Notes: generated by a model from the letters alone, not told the origin. Shown: positions 36,928 to 49,689, counted from the first letter of the stretch. The stretch is 64,000 nucleotides of DNA from Mobula hypostoma (GCF_963921235.1 NC_086097.1:105898001-105962000), one strand, 5' to 3'. Program-made: numbers and translations.

Positions 36928-37203
36928 GGACTTGTCCGTGGTGATTTCTCATAGCGTGAACTAACCTTGGCCGTAGTGATTTCTCACAGCATGAAATGGA
37001 CCTGTCTGTGCTGATTTCTCACAGCGTGTACAAGGCCTGTCCATGGAGATTTCTCACAGCATGAACTGAGCTTGGCCGTGGTGATTTCTCACAGCATGAA
37101 ATGGGCCTGTCCGTGGTGATTTCTCACAGCATGTACAAGGCCTGGCCGTGGTGATTTCTCACAGTGTGAACTGGGCTTGTCCGTGATGATGCTTCACAGT
37201 GTG
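36928..37203. repeat. 35-bp minisatellite, about 8 copies, with 105-bp higher-order structure
   Basis: GATTTCTC recurs every 35 bp from 36943 to 37153. Confidence 0.95.
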
Positions 37204-37207
37204 CACA

Positions 37208-37570
37208 TTGAAGGTGTATAAGATAATGAGAGGCATTGATCATGTGGATAGTCAGAGAAATTTCCCCAGGGCTGAAATGGCTAGCACAAGAGGGCATGGT
37301 TTTAAGGTGCTTGGAAGTAGGTACAGAGAAGATGAAAGGCGTAAGTATTTTTACGCAGAGAGTGTGTGGAATGTGCTGCCAGCGGCGATGGTGGAGGCGG
37401 AAACGATAGAGTCTTTTAAGATACTCCTGGATGGCTACATGGAGCTTAGAAAAATAGAAGGCTATGGGTAAAGCCTAGGTGGTTCTAAATTAGGGACATG
37501 TTCGGCACAGCTTTGTGGGCCGAAGGGCCTGTATTGTGCTGTAGGGTTTCTACGTTTCTATGTTTCTATG
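37208..37570 (+). mobile_element. CR1 3' end
   Basis: VYKIMRGIDHVDSQ...TRGHGFKV...WNVLP; (TTTCTATG)n tail. Confidence 0.9.
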
Positions 37571-38325
37571 AACGGGGCTGCTGTCTGGGCAAACCGCATG
37601 GTTGCATGCTGTTCCTAAAATTCCTCAGCTTCAAAACACCTTGACATGCCGTTGAGTGATTATGCAACTGTTCAAGAGCTTTGGGGTCACCAATGTAGGA
37701 TTTTGTGAATAAAACATGTGAGAGTCATTCTCTGTGCTTAACAAAAGCCACAACCTTTTACGAACAATCCAAAGACAGTCACCGTACTCTGACATCATTA
37801 TGTCAAACACCGTCTCTTAAAGTGAACACAGCAACTCAATGTCAAACAGTTTCTATTATGAACAATATGTGTCATATGTCACCCATTACTTCACCCTATG
37901 ATATTAAGATAGCAATAATTAGGGTTTAAAATTTGTGATTTAAACTGGCATTAACTGGCACAGTAAAGAGGAACAGAATTCTTGTAATGCTCTGAAGAAA
38001 ACCTTTAATTTAGTACACATCAAACCTAATGGGGTTATGGGCTAAACAGATTCATTCACTTAATATCTAATCATCTATGAATGTACAATATCTCCTGAAT
38101 ATATTCAAAAACTGAGCCTCTCCAACTCCCTTGGGTTAGAATTCCAAATATTCACTACCCTCTGAATGAGGAAATCTCTTCTCCATTCGGTACTGATAGG
38201 TCTTTCCTATCAGTACGGATTGCATCCTTCCTTTATGTTTTCAGTAAAGTTGAAAGTAAGTTCACTATCAAAGTATATGTATGTCACCATGTACAACCCT
38301 GATGTACATTTCCTTCTGAGCATAC

Positions 38326-39110
38326 TGTTACGTATCCTGTTACTGGGTTGCCAAACCAGCAGAAGTGGAACGCTCGCTGGAGTCTGGATTACTAAGAACT
38401 AATAAAGTTTTATTAAAGGCATAAGTAATACAGTACTCTAATCATAAGGATATCAATGTAACAGGTTAGCAATGATAATACACACTGTTACGTACCCCGT
38501 AACTGGGTTGCCAAACCAGCAGAAATGGATCACTCAGTTGGAGTCTGGATTACTAGAACTAAGAAAGTTTTATTAAAGAAACAAGCAACACAGTATTTGA
38601 AAGGATAATAAATGCAACGGTTCAGCAATGATAAACACACATGTGCACAGAATTATGATAACAGCATCAATCAAGCTCTATCGTTGTCTAGGGGTAAATT
38701 ACCAATTTCAAAGTGACACAAAAGTCCAGTTCGATTTAATAGTTCAGTTCGCAATAATCGCTGCCATGGCGATGGACAACGTGGGGGGAGAGAGAGAGAG
38801 AGGGAACGGGAACGACTGATCATTCAGAAACGGCTTCCACTCACAGACCGGCGATATTGCTCACAAGCCCCTTTCCAGGCGGGTCCTTTGTGATGTCACC
38901 TGAGGTCACCGACTGTGACCCCTCCTCCAGATGCAGTCGATCCTCTGCAGTGAACCCGGCACCCAAGCGAGGGTGGACATACAGTGGGTTCCCGCTGATC
39001 GTACCTTTCCACCCTGTGCGTTTAAGGTCCGATACTTCACACCGACTCGTGAGAGGCGCACCGCGTCCAGGGTCTCATTACCTCGGGTGTCGTGTGTGTG
39101 CTGCCTAATT
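38326..39110 (-). mobile_element. Two related LTR fragments, adjacent or nested (38326-38485 and 38486-about 39110), next to a Rex tail (38246-38325)
   Basis: Both start TGTTACGTA.CC.GT.ACTGGGTTGCCAAACCAGCAGAA. The terminus resembles the reverse complement of the Gypsy LTR end at 47184. Confidence 0.7.
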
Positions 39111-39229
39111 ACGAATTACTACTGACCAAAAAATTCTGTCCTATTAGCATGGGATTATTGTCATGGCCTATTATTATATATTATGATCATATTGATGTCG
39201 TTATTATATTTCTGTGGTCTATTATCATG

Positions 39230-39490
39230 GCTACAGCAGCTTGGCGATGGCACAACACTATTACAGCTTGGGATGTTCTGGAGTTCAGAGTTCAATTCTG
39301 GCACTGTCCATAAGGAATTTTTCCTTTGAGGATATGGGTTTTCTCCAGGTGCTCAGGTTTCCTCTCACTGTCCCAAGACTTACTGGTTAGTAAGTTAATT
39401 GCTGTTCGATTAGGTGGGTTGCTGGGCAGTGCAACTCATTGCATCAGAAGGGTCTGATCAGCGCTGTAGCTCTGAAAAATAATTAAAAAC
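39230..39490 (+). mobile_element. V-type SINE
   Basis: GAGTTCAATTC B box, GGGTTTTCTCCAGGTGCTCAGGTTTCCTCTCAC V domain, GAAGGGTCTG tail. Confidence 0.7.
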
Positions 39491-39774
39491 TGTCTTCATT
39501 TTGTTTTTCCAATGTGATTGATTGCTCACAAAGTCTTGAGAGTTTCCCCTGAGTTTTATGGTTTCCTCTCACACCACAAATCCATCCTAGTTAGTAGGCT
39601 AACTGGCTACTGTATTCACTGGTGGAATAAATATGTGTGTGGTAGGTGAATCATGATGGGAGGAGTAGAATGGGTTGGCAAATGGGAATCCTCTGAGGAC
39701 CAGCAGAGACTTGAAAGGTGCATGGTTTCGTATGTCAGAAGGAAGCGTTGGAAATATACAAGTTTATTTTATAG

Positions 39775-40086
39775 TTGGCGCGTCGCCAAGTGGTTAAGGC
39801 ATTTGTCTAGTAATTTGAAGGTAATTTGAAGGCATGCATTAGTAATTCGAGCCTTTGCTGAGGCAGTGTGTGTGTCCTTGAGCAAGGCACTTAACCACAC
39901 ATTGCTCTACGATGACACCAGTGCCAAGCTGTATGGGTCCTAATGCCCTTCCCTTGAACAATATTGGTGGCGTGGAGAGGGGAGACTTGCAGCATGGGCA
40001 ACTGCTAGTCTTCCTTGCCCAGGCCTGCACACTGGAAACCTTCCAAGGCGCAAATCCACGGTCTCATGAGACTAATGGATGCCTAT
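39775..40086 (+). mobile_element. tRNA-derived CORE-like SINE
   Basis: GCCAAGTGGTTAAGG A box, TTCGAGCC, TGTGTCCTTGAGCAAGGCACTTAACC; paralog of 26350-26657. Confidence 0.8.
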
Positions 40087-40636
40087 AAAAAATTTCTGTA
40101 TAAATCATGCAAAATGTATTTTTCACTCTTCCATCATTACTTAATGAGCATACTTCAATTTTGGAAATTCAAAGCCTTGCAAAATCACCTGCTTGTCTGC
40201 GGATTGCTCTTGTGCTCACCTGCTCTTGTGGAGATATGCTAGTTCACACACTTTGCGTGCTCACTAGCGGATTTCTTCTCTGAGGATTGTCTCCTTGTCA
40301 TGGTGGAGAGGCTTGTGAGTTCCTGAGATCTCAAAGCACTGATGTCTGGAGATTAGTCATCTGGTGCTTAGCTCCTGGTGCGGTCATCCATGGTAGGAAG
40401 GGATGCAATCAAGACACCAGTGGTGAAGATGGCGGAAGATGATGGCACATCACAATGGCAGGAAGGCGGAAGGAAGGATGCAGCAGTGAAAAGTCTCCAG
40501 TCATCTTGTATTTAGATACAATTGGACCCTGACCCTGATATGTCAAAGACACAGTTGTGGCTATCCATGCATCATCCTTCCCAAAGTCATGCATAGGCAT
40601 TCTCCATTAAAGGAATCTACTGACAACCCCTTAAGA

Positions 40637-41780
40637 CAGCGGTCCCCAACCACTGGGCTGCAAAGCATGCGCTACCGGGCTGTGAGGAAACTATATGATT
40701 TGGCCATATGAGTCAGTTGCACCTTTCCTCATTCCCTGTCACGGCCACTGTTGAGCCAATACGCATGCGAGGTCATTATTCGCGCGTCATCCATGCCAGC
40801 ACAGGAAGGAGATCAACTCCTTGAGCTTGCAAATGACGGCGGGCTGAAAAGTATGTTTGACATAACATCTCTGCTGGCATTCTGGATCAAAGTCAAGGCT
40901 AAATATTCTGAGATAGCCACAAAAGCATTGAAAACGTTGCTTCCAACATATTTCTGTGAAGTGGAGTTTTCTGCAATGAATGCAACGAAAACTAAATTGC
41001 GGAATAAACTGTACATAAGGAACCCCCTTTGAGTATTGCTGTCTCCCATCACCCCTCAACAGGACTGTCTTGTTGCAGGGAAACAAGCCCAGGGCACCCA
41101 CTGATTCAGCGATATTGGTGTGTTGCAATGATTTTATTTGTTCATACGGGGAAAATATGCCCTGTGTGTTTAATACCCATACGTTACCTAAAATGTTATG
41201 ATGCTATTGACTTATATAACCATATAACAATTACAGCACGGAAACAGGCCATCTCTGCCCTTCTAGTCCGTGCCGAACGTTACTCTCACCTAGTCCCAGC
41301 AACCTGCACACATCCCACAACCCTCCAATCTTTTCCTGTCCATATACCTATCCAATTTTTCTTTAAATGATAATATCGAACCTGTTTCTGTCACTTCCAC
41401 TGGAAGTTTGTTCAATACTTACTTCAAGCTCCCCTGTCCTCCCGATAACTGACTTATCACTGTATTCATGCGAGGAAAATATATGCTGTGGGTTTAATAT
41501 TAAATTCGTTAGATAAACCCTTTTAGAAATGAAACTGAGTGTATTAGCCACTTATCACCTATATTCCAGTCATGATTAACACCCGCCCCCCTGAACAGAA
41601 TCGTCATAAATGATTTGCAGAAAAAAAATCGGCAGGTGCATGCATATGCAGGTTATGCAGGTTATGCATGTGCACCGGTGCCTGCGCAAGGCTTCATGGT
41701 CATTGTAGTCTTTCTCAGGGTAAACACAACATATTTGACTGCTACTCTTGTCCATTGGCAACCCTACCCCTCCCCCCCGC
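40637..41780 (+). mobile_element. Composite hAT (Buster/Charlie) derivative with a transposase C-terminal remnant; one end missing
   Basis: TIR CAGCGGTCCCCAACC after CCTTAAGA. hAT dimerisation-like peptide FWIKVKAKYSEIATKALKTLLPTYFCEVEFSAM...KTKLRNKL. CR1 tail at 41214-41410; TTGGCAACCCTA at about 41755. Confidence 0.85.
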
Positions 41781-41839
41781 CACTGCAATCTATTTTCCTA
41801 CAACATCAGCATCAGAACCAGGTTTAATATCACCGGCAT

Positions 41840-44800
41840 AAGACCATAAGATATAGGAGTAGAGGTAGGCCAATCGGCTCATCAAGTCTGCTCCAACATT
41901 CAATCATGTGCTGATCCAATTCTTCCGGTCATTCTCACTCCCCTGTCTTCTCCCCATACCCTTTGATGCCCTGGCTAATCAAGAACCTATCTATCTCTGC
42001 TTTTAATATACCCAATGACTTGGCCTCCGCAGCGCTCCTGGCAACAAAATTCACAGATTTACCACCCTCTGACTAAAGTAATTTCTTCGTATCTCTGTAC
42101 TAAATGGATGCCCTTCAATCCTGAAGTCAGGTGCTCTTGTTCTAGAATTCCCTACCACGGGAAATAACTTTGCCATATCTAATCTGTTCAGGCCTTTTAA
42201 CATTCGGAATGTTTCAATGAGATCCACCCCCCCCCGCCATTCTCCTGAACTCCAGGGAATACAGTCCAAGAGCTGCCAGACGTTCCTCATACAGTAACCC
42301 TTCATTGTCAGCATATCCTTTCTAAAATAAGAAGTCACAATAATAACCACACACAACACACCAAGTGTGGTCTCATATGACTTATAGAGCCTCAACATCA
42401 CATCCCTGCTCTTATATTCTATATCTCTAGAAATGAATACCAACATTACATTCGCCTTCTTCACAACCAACTCAACCTGGACGTTAACCTTTAGTGCACA
42501 AGGATTCCCAAGTCCCTTTGCATCTCTGCATTTTGAATTCTCTCCCCATCTAAATAATAGTCTGCCCATTTATTTCTTGCACCAAAGTGCATGACCATAC
42601 ACTTTCCAACATTGTATTTCATTTGCCACTTCTTTGTTCATTCCCCTGAACTATCTAAGTCTCTCTGCAAGCTCTCTGTTTCCTCAAAACTACCCGCTCC
42701 TCCAGCTATCTTTGTATCATCAGCAAATTTAGCCATGGATCCATTAATCCCATACTCTAAATCATTGACATACATCGTAAAAAACACCAACACCAACCCC
42801 TGGTGGAACGCCACTGGTAACTGGCAGCCAGCCAAAATATGATCCCTTTATTCCCACTTGCTGTTTTCTGACAATCAGCCAAAGCTCCACCATGTTAGTA
42901 ACTCCCCTGTAATTCCATGGGCTCTATCTTGCTAAGCAGCCTCATGTGTGACACCTTGTCAAAGGCCTTCTGAAAATCCAAGCACACCACATCTACTGCA
43001 TTTCCTTTGTCTACCCTGCTTGTAATTTCCTCAAAGAATTGCAGTAGGGTTGTCAAGCAGAATTTTCCTTTCAGGAAACCATGCTGGTTTTGGTCTATCT
43101 TGTCATGTGCCTCCAGGTACTCCATAATCTCATCCCTAACAATTGATTCCAACAACTTCCCAACTACTGATGTCAGGCTAACAGGTCTACAGTTTCCTTT
43201 CTGCTGCCTTCTACCCTTCTTAAATAGTGGAGTAACATTTGTAAATTTCCCGTCATCCGGTACAATGCCAGAATCTATCAATTCTTGAAAAATCATTGTT
43301 AATGCCTCTGCAATCTCTCCAGCTACTTCCCTCAGAACCCAAGGGTGCATTCCATCAGGTCCAGGAGATTTATCCACCCTCAGACCATTAAGCTTCCTGA
43401 GCACCTCCTCAGTCATAATTTTCACTGCACATACTTCACTTCCCTGACACTCTTGAATGTCCGGCATACTGTAAATGTCTTCCACTGATGCCAAATAAGC
43501 ATTCAGTTCCTCTGCCTTCTCTGCGTCTCTCATTACCACATCTCCAGAGTCATTTTCTATTGGTCCTATATCTCTTTTACACTTTATATACTTTAAAAAA
43601 TTTTAGTATCTTCTTTGATATTAGTCACCTTTGATAATTCATCTTTTCAAAGTGGTCCTCTTGAAGATCAGAGTGGTCGGCTATGTGCGGAACCAAAGGA
43701 AATGGGGGAGATCTTAAATAAGTGTTTTGCGTCTGTATTTACTAGGGAAACTGGCATGAAGTCTATGGAATTGAGAGAATCAAGTAGTGAGATCATGGAA
43801 ACTGTACAGATTGAAAAGGAGGAGGTGCTTGCTGTCTTGAGGAAAATTAAAGTGGATAAATCCCCGGGACCTGACAGAGTGTTCCCTCGGACCTTGAAGG
43901 AGACTAGTGTTGAAATTGCAGGGGCCCTGGCAGAAGTATTTAAAACATCGCTGTCTACGGGTGAGGTGCTGGAGGATTGGAGAGTGGCTCATGTTTTTCC
44001 GTTGTTTAAAAAAGGATCGAAAAGTAATCTGGGAAATTATAGGCCGGTGAGTTTAACGTCGGTAGTAGGTAAGTTATTGGAGGGAGTACTAAGAGACAGA
44101 ATCTACAAGCATTTGGATAGACAGGGACTTATTAGGGAGAGTCAACATGGCTTTGTGCGTGGTAGGTCATGTTTGACCAATCTATTGGAGTTTTTCGAGG
44201 AGGTTACCAGGAAAGTGGATGAAGGGAAGGCAGTGGATATTGTCTACATGGATTTCAGTAAGGCCTTTGACAAGGTCCAGCATGGGAGGTTAGTTAGGAA
44301 AATTCAGTCGCTAGGTATACATGGAGAGGTGGTAAATTGGATTAGACATTGGCTCAATGGAAGAAGCCAAAGAGTGGTGGTAGAGAATTGCTTCTCTGAG
44401 TGGAGGCCTGTGACTAGTGGTGTGCCACAGGGATCAGTGCTGGGTCCATTGTTATTTGTCATCTATATCAATGCTCTGGATGATAATGTGGTAAATTGGA
44501 TCAGCAAATTTGCTGATGATACAAAGATTGGAGGTGTAGTAGACAGTGAGGAAGGTTCTCAGAGCCTGCAGAGGGACTTGGACCAGCTGGAAAAATGGGC
44601 AGAAAAATGGCAGATGGAGTTTAATACAGACAAGTGTGAGGTATTGCACGTTGGAAGGACAAACCAATGTAGAATATACAGGGTTAATGGTAAGGCACTG
44701 AGGAGTGCAGTAGAACAGAGGGATCTGGGAATACAGATACAAAATTTCCTAAAAGTAGCGTCACAAGTAGATAGGGTCATAAAGAGAGCTTTTGGTACAT

Positions 44801-46185
44801 TGGCCTTTATTAATCAAAGTATTGACTATAAGAGCTGGAATGTTATGATGAGGTTGTATAAGGCATTGGTGAGGCCGAATCTGGAGTATTGTGTTCAGTT
44901 TTGGTCACCAAATTACAGGAAAGATATAAATAAGGTTGAAAGAGTGCAGAGAAGGTTTACAAGGATGTTGCCAGGACTTGAGAAACTCAGTTACAGAGAA
45001 AGGTTGAATAGGTTGGGACTTTATTCCCTGGAGCGTAGAAGAATGAGTGGAGATTTGATAGAGGTATATAAAATTATGATGGGTATAGTTAGAGTGAATG
45101 CAAGCAGGCTTTTTCCACTGAGGCAAGGGGAGAAAAAAACCAGAGGACATGGGTTAAGGGTGAGGGGGGAAAAGTTTAAAAGGAACATTAGCGGGGTCTT
45201 CTTCACACAGAGAGTGGTGAGAGTATGGAATGAGCTGCCAGATGAGGTGGTAAACGTGGGTTCTTTATTAACATTTAAGAATAAATTGGACAGATACATG
45301 GATGGGAGGTGTATGGAGGGATATGGTCCGTGTGCAGGTCAGTGGGACTAGGCAGAAAATGGTTCGGCACAGCCAAGAAGGGCCAAAAGGCCTGTTTCTG
45401 TGCTTTAGTTTCTATGGTTTTCTATGGTTTTCCTTCCTAATGACCTTCTTAGTTTCCTTCTGCAACTTTTTAAACACTTCCCAATATTCTATCTTCCCAC
45501 TAGCTTTGGCTTCCTTGTAGGCCCTCTCTTTTGCTTTTACTCTGGCTCTGACTTCACTTGTCTGCCACAGTAGTGTCATTCTTCCGTGCGAAGATTTCTT
45601 CTTATTTGGAATGTATCTTTTTTACACTTCCCTCATTTTTCGCAGACCATTGTTAGTCTACTGTCCTTCCTGCTAGTATCCCTTTCTAGTCAACCTTGAC
45701 CAGCTCCCCTCTCATGCGATTGTAATTTCCTTTATTCTACTGAAATACCGACACGTTGCAATTTAGTTTCTCCTTCTCAAATTTCAAAGTGAACTCGATC
45801 ATATTTTGATCACTTTTCCCTGAGGGTTCCTTAACCTTAAGCACTCTTATCACCTCCGGATCATTGCACAGCACCCAATCCAGCACAGCTGATCCTCTGG
45901 TGGGTTCAACAACAGGCTGTTCTAAAAAGCCATCTCTTAGACATTCTACAAATTCTCTCTCTTGATGTCCAGTACTAGCCTGGTTTTCCCAATCCACTTT
46001 CATGTTAAGATCCCCAATCCCCGATTATCATGATATTGCCCTTCTGACACACCTTTTCTATCTCCTGCTGTAATTTGTAATCCACATCCCTGGCTGCTGT
46101 TTGGAGGCCTGTATACAACTGCCATTAGGGTCCTTTTACCCTTGCCATTTCTTAATTTAACCCATAGAGACTCTACACCTCTACT
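41840..46185 (-). mobile_element. 5'-truncated CR1 (EN to tail) in two parts, 41840-43648 and about 45429-46185
   Basis: (CTTATGGT)n tail; RT motifs KSPGPDGMHP, DFQKAFDKV, KFADDTK; EN motifs LDWVLCND, KSDQN. Confidence 0.92.
43649..45428 (+). mobile_element. Young 5'-truncated CR1 inserted antisense into the previous CR1; RT frame uninterrupted to 45351
   Basis: Open frame with KSPGPD, NYRPVSLTS, DFSKAFDKV, GVPQGSVLGP, KFADDTK, FFTQRVV; tail TTTCTATGGTTTTCTATGG; TTTTC at both junctions. Confidence 0.95.
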
Positions 46186-47192
46186 GCATATGTCGTGAAA
46201 TTTGTTAACTTTGCATCAGTAGTATAATGCAATACATAATAATAGAGAAAAAAGCGTGAATTGAAGGAAGCATATATACTTACTGTAATAGTTAATAATA
46301 GTTAGTGTTACATACTCAAGGAGATCTGGTTGTTTTTTTGGTGAGAATGATGTAATGGTCTTTTGGAGGTCACCTGATGTGATTTTCCCATCGATGTGAG
46401 GTCACGTGATGACATGTGCCCCGTGACTATATAAGGGTCGACTCAGGTGACGCAGTGGGTTTTTGAGTTTGTAGATTTCCAGGTAGAACGTGCTGTGTCT
46501 CCATTTCTGTTGCGTGTTTGTTTTTGTGACGCAGTTTCATTTTTTAAAACGGAGGGTGCGTTCTCTTACAAGATATTGTATTTGGATTGGAAATTTGTGG
46601 CTGGAAGTGACAATTTACTCGATTCCGACAGTTTTGAAGGGAGAGTGAAGAATTCGTCGAAGTGAAGGATCGAGAGAAGTCGGCATCGTTTGGCAGTTTA
46701 ATAAAGAATCGATCTTATTGAGTCGTCGTTGAAGAGAACCTGCATTGAGATAACTCTTGCAATAGCGCAATGAGTTCATGCACAAAGGCTCTCTCTCTCT
46801 AATAGGAATTTAAGGTCGTCGATTTAAACTGTTTATTTTCGGCATCGGGAATCCTGTGGACAGAACCGGCAGGAAAGGTGCGTCGGTGAAGAAATCCTTC
46901 TCCAGAGAAGTCTCTCCCAATTGAATGTGTAAAACTGTTGGACTTTCGAAGTTATCACTTTAAGAACTATATCTGACTGTATCGCTTTAAGAACTGTTTT
47001 CGCATTTAACGCTTTAAGAACCAGAGCCGAGTGGAGTTGATGAACAGCTGCGTACCTGTTTAACCTCTGGTTAAAGTTTTCCATTGTTTTTTTTTCCCTT
47101 ATCATTTATATGTTTTTCATAAATGTTTGGTTGTTTTCATAAAACCTGTGTCGATTAATATTCAGTGTTGCCGGTTACGTAACATAATTTTG

Positions 47193-47208
47193 TGGGGGCT
47201 CGTGGGAT
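47193..47208 (+). other. Primer binding site, tRNA-Pro type
   Basis: TGGGGGCTCGTGGGAT versus canonical TGGGGGCTCGTCCGGGAT (2-nt deletion). Confidence 0.85.
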
Positions 47209-47317
47209 ATGTTCCAATTTTGAGTTTAAGTGCTGGTAACTGCCATTCTGATTTGGAAAGGGAATACCCGATTTTTTTTTTTTGGTTTGATTAGTGTGTG
47301 TGTTGTATTCGGCAACA

Positions 47318-48803
47318 ATGGATATTGATGAGTTTTTGAAGACACCTGACTTGGGATTTTTAGAGAATGCGAGAAAACCTGTGGTATTGGAGATTGCTAA
47401 GAAGTTGGATATTAAAGGAATTACAAGAAATTCTACCAAGGCTTTCATACAAAGGAAAATTGCTGAACATTATATTAATTTGGAATATTTTGAGGAGGAG
47501 GTGTTAGAGAAGTTTCCAATGAGTAATCTGGAAATGCAGTTGCATCTTGAACAGTTAAAGTTTGAAAGGTTTAAAGTGGAAATGAGAGGAAGAGAAGCTG
47601 AAAACCAGAGGAAATTTGAGCTAGAGATGGAGAAAATAAGGTCTGGGAATCAGACTTCTGGTTCTACAAAACTATTTATTGCTAGTCGTGAGGTTGTTTT
47701 GGCTCCTCCATTTAATGAAGCTGATGTGGATGCATATTTTCAGCATTTCGAAACAGTTGCTCTGAGTTTAAAGTGGCCGAAGGACCAATAGCCAGTGATG
47801 TTACAAAGTGTAAGTAAAGGCAAGACACAGCAAGTTTATACAGTTTTAAATGCTGAACAAGCACTGAATTATGATATTGTTAAAGAGAATATATTAAAGG
47901 CATACGAGCTGGTTCCAGAAGCGTATAGAGAAAGATTTAAAAGTTTAAAGAAATCGGTGGAAAAATCTTATGTGGAATTTGCCTATGAGAAATCTGTGTG
48001 TTTTGAGAGATGAGTTCCCTCTAAAAATGTGAATGGGGAGTATAATAAATTGAAAGAGCTGATTTTGCAGGAGGAATTTAAAAGAAGCATTCCTGATGAA
48101 GTGAGAACATACTTAAATGAACAGGACACTGCTACATTGCAGGAGATTGCTAAATTGGCTGATGATTATGTTTTAATTCACAAGAATAAATTTTCTCCAG
48201 GTAAATCTTTTAAAAGGAAAACTAGCACAGAGAGTCAAGGTAAACCCAGAAATTAAATCTGAAGTTAGTGAGAAAAGTAAGGATGAAGGGAGACATGTGA
48301 AGGAAAGACATTTTGGTATTATTTGTAATTATTGTAAGAAACCTGGACATGTAGTGGCTAATTGCTTCCGATTGAAACGGAAAGAGAAAGAAGTGGCCCC
48401 AGATGCTTGTGTGCAGCATATTGGAAAACCTGTAAAACCACAGGGTTTAGAAAATATTAATGAAGATGTGTCAGAGTCTGACCAAGTTAAGAGGGGATAT
48501 GAAGCTTTTATAACAGAAGGATTTGTATCCTTGAAAGAAGGATCCAATGCAGTACCGATAAGGATACTTAGAGATACTGGAGCTTCACAATCACTAATAT
48601 TAGATAGTGTGTTAAGGTTTAGTGATGAGTCTGACACTAATGAGGTAAATTATATAAGAGGAGTAGGGAGTGTCCTTATGCCAGTATATTTACATAGAGT
48701 AAATTTAAGGTCAGGATTAGTTACAGGGGGTGTTAAAGTAGGACTACAATCCAGTTTACCTGTGAATGATGTTTCTCTTTTGTTAGGGAATGATTTAGCC
48801 TGA
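47318..48803 (+). pseudogene. gag: Gypsy gag (SCAN-like capsid, CCHC knuckle) and aspartic protease, with stops and frameshift
   Basis: PPFNEADVDAYFQHFE, YDIVKENILKAYELVPEAYRERF, LILQEEF, CNYCKKPGHVVANC, LRDTGASQS, LLGND. Confidence 0.88.
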
Positions 48804-49689
48804 AGTTTTTCCTGAAGTGCATTTGACAATAAATTCAAATTCTGAGGAACCACAGAGGGATTCTAACACAGATTCTTCCTGTGTTGTCATAAGAGCTATG
48901 GCTAAAAAGACTGATGTAAAGGATGTGGTTGTTACCCAAGACAGTTCAAATCAAGATTCGAATTTTGAGGATGTATCAGAAACTTTCTTACCTACCTTAT
49001 TTGATCAGGATTTTGATGGTAAGTCTGATCAGGAAAATTTGTCTTAATCTCGGAAGGAGATGATAGCAGAGCAGGGTAGAGATCCTGAGATAGTTAAATT
49101 AAAGGAACAAGCTCTTCCAGTTAGTGAAATTGGAAAAGTTTCAGTTGGATATTATTTTGAAAAGGGGGTATTAATGAGAAAGTGGAGATCGCCTACAATT
49201 CTTGCTAGTGAGGAATGGGAAGTTAATCATCAGGTCGTTGTTCCCAAAATTTACCGAAATGAGATTTTGACTATGGCTCATAGTATTACTTTGGGCGGTC
49301 GTTTAGAGGTAAAGAAAACTATGAACAAAGTTTCTAAACATTTTTATTGGCCTAATTTAAGACAAGATGTGGCAACATTTTGTAGAATGTGTCATACATG
49401 TCAAATTGTTGGTAAACCTAATCAGGTTACTCCAGTGGCTCCACTGCAACCAATTCCTGTATTTGGTGAGCCGTTTTCAAAAATCATTGTAGACTGTGTA
49501 GGTCCTTTGCCAAAAACTAAAACTGGACATCAATATTTATTAACTATTATGTGCACAGCATCTAGGTTTCCAGAGGCAGTACCTCTTAGGAATATAACAG
49601 CCAAAACTGTGACAAAAGCTCTTATAAAATTCTTCACTTATTTTGGGCTGCCTAAGGAAATACAATCATATCAAGGAAGTAATTTTATG

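Larger units (their letters stand above)
35085..37893 (-). mobile_element. Old internally deleted LTR retrotransposon (tRNA-Trp primed) with LTRs of about 200 bp
   Basis: Related TG...CA repeats at 35085-35294 and 37694-37893. Minus-strand TGGTGACCCC PBS at 37683-37692. G-run next to the other LTR. Confidence 0.7.

Noticed and set aside
36928..37203. CRISPR-like array of 35-bp period
   Set aside because: Variable parts are short and repeat cyclically, so there are no unique spacers. No cas genes, and the context is eukaryotic.
40285..40400. RTE-type 5' UTR with a possible HDV-like ribozyme
   Set aside because: Only a loose remembered resemblance; I could not fold the nested double pseudoknot.
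40751..41032. ZBED-like domesticated transposase gene
   Set aside because: Only a short decayed C-terminal piece directly behind a TIR.
43615..45351. 578-aa ORF as a host or domesticated gene
   Set aside because: The TTG start lies in the flanking antisense CR1, and the rest is ordinary truncated CR1 ORF2 with its tail.
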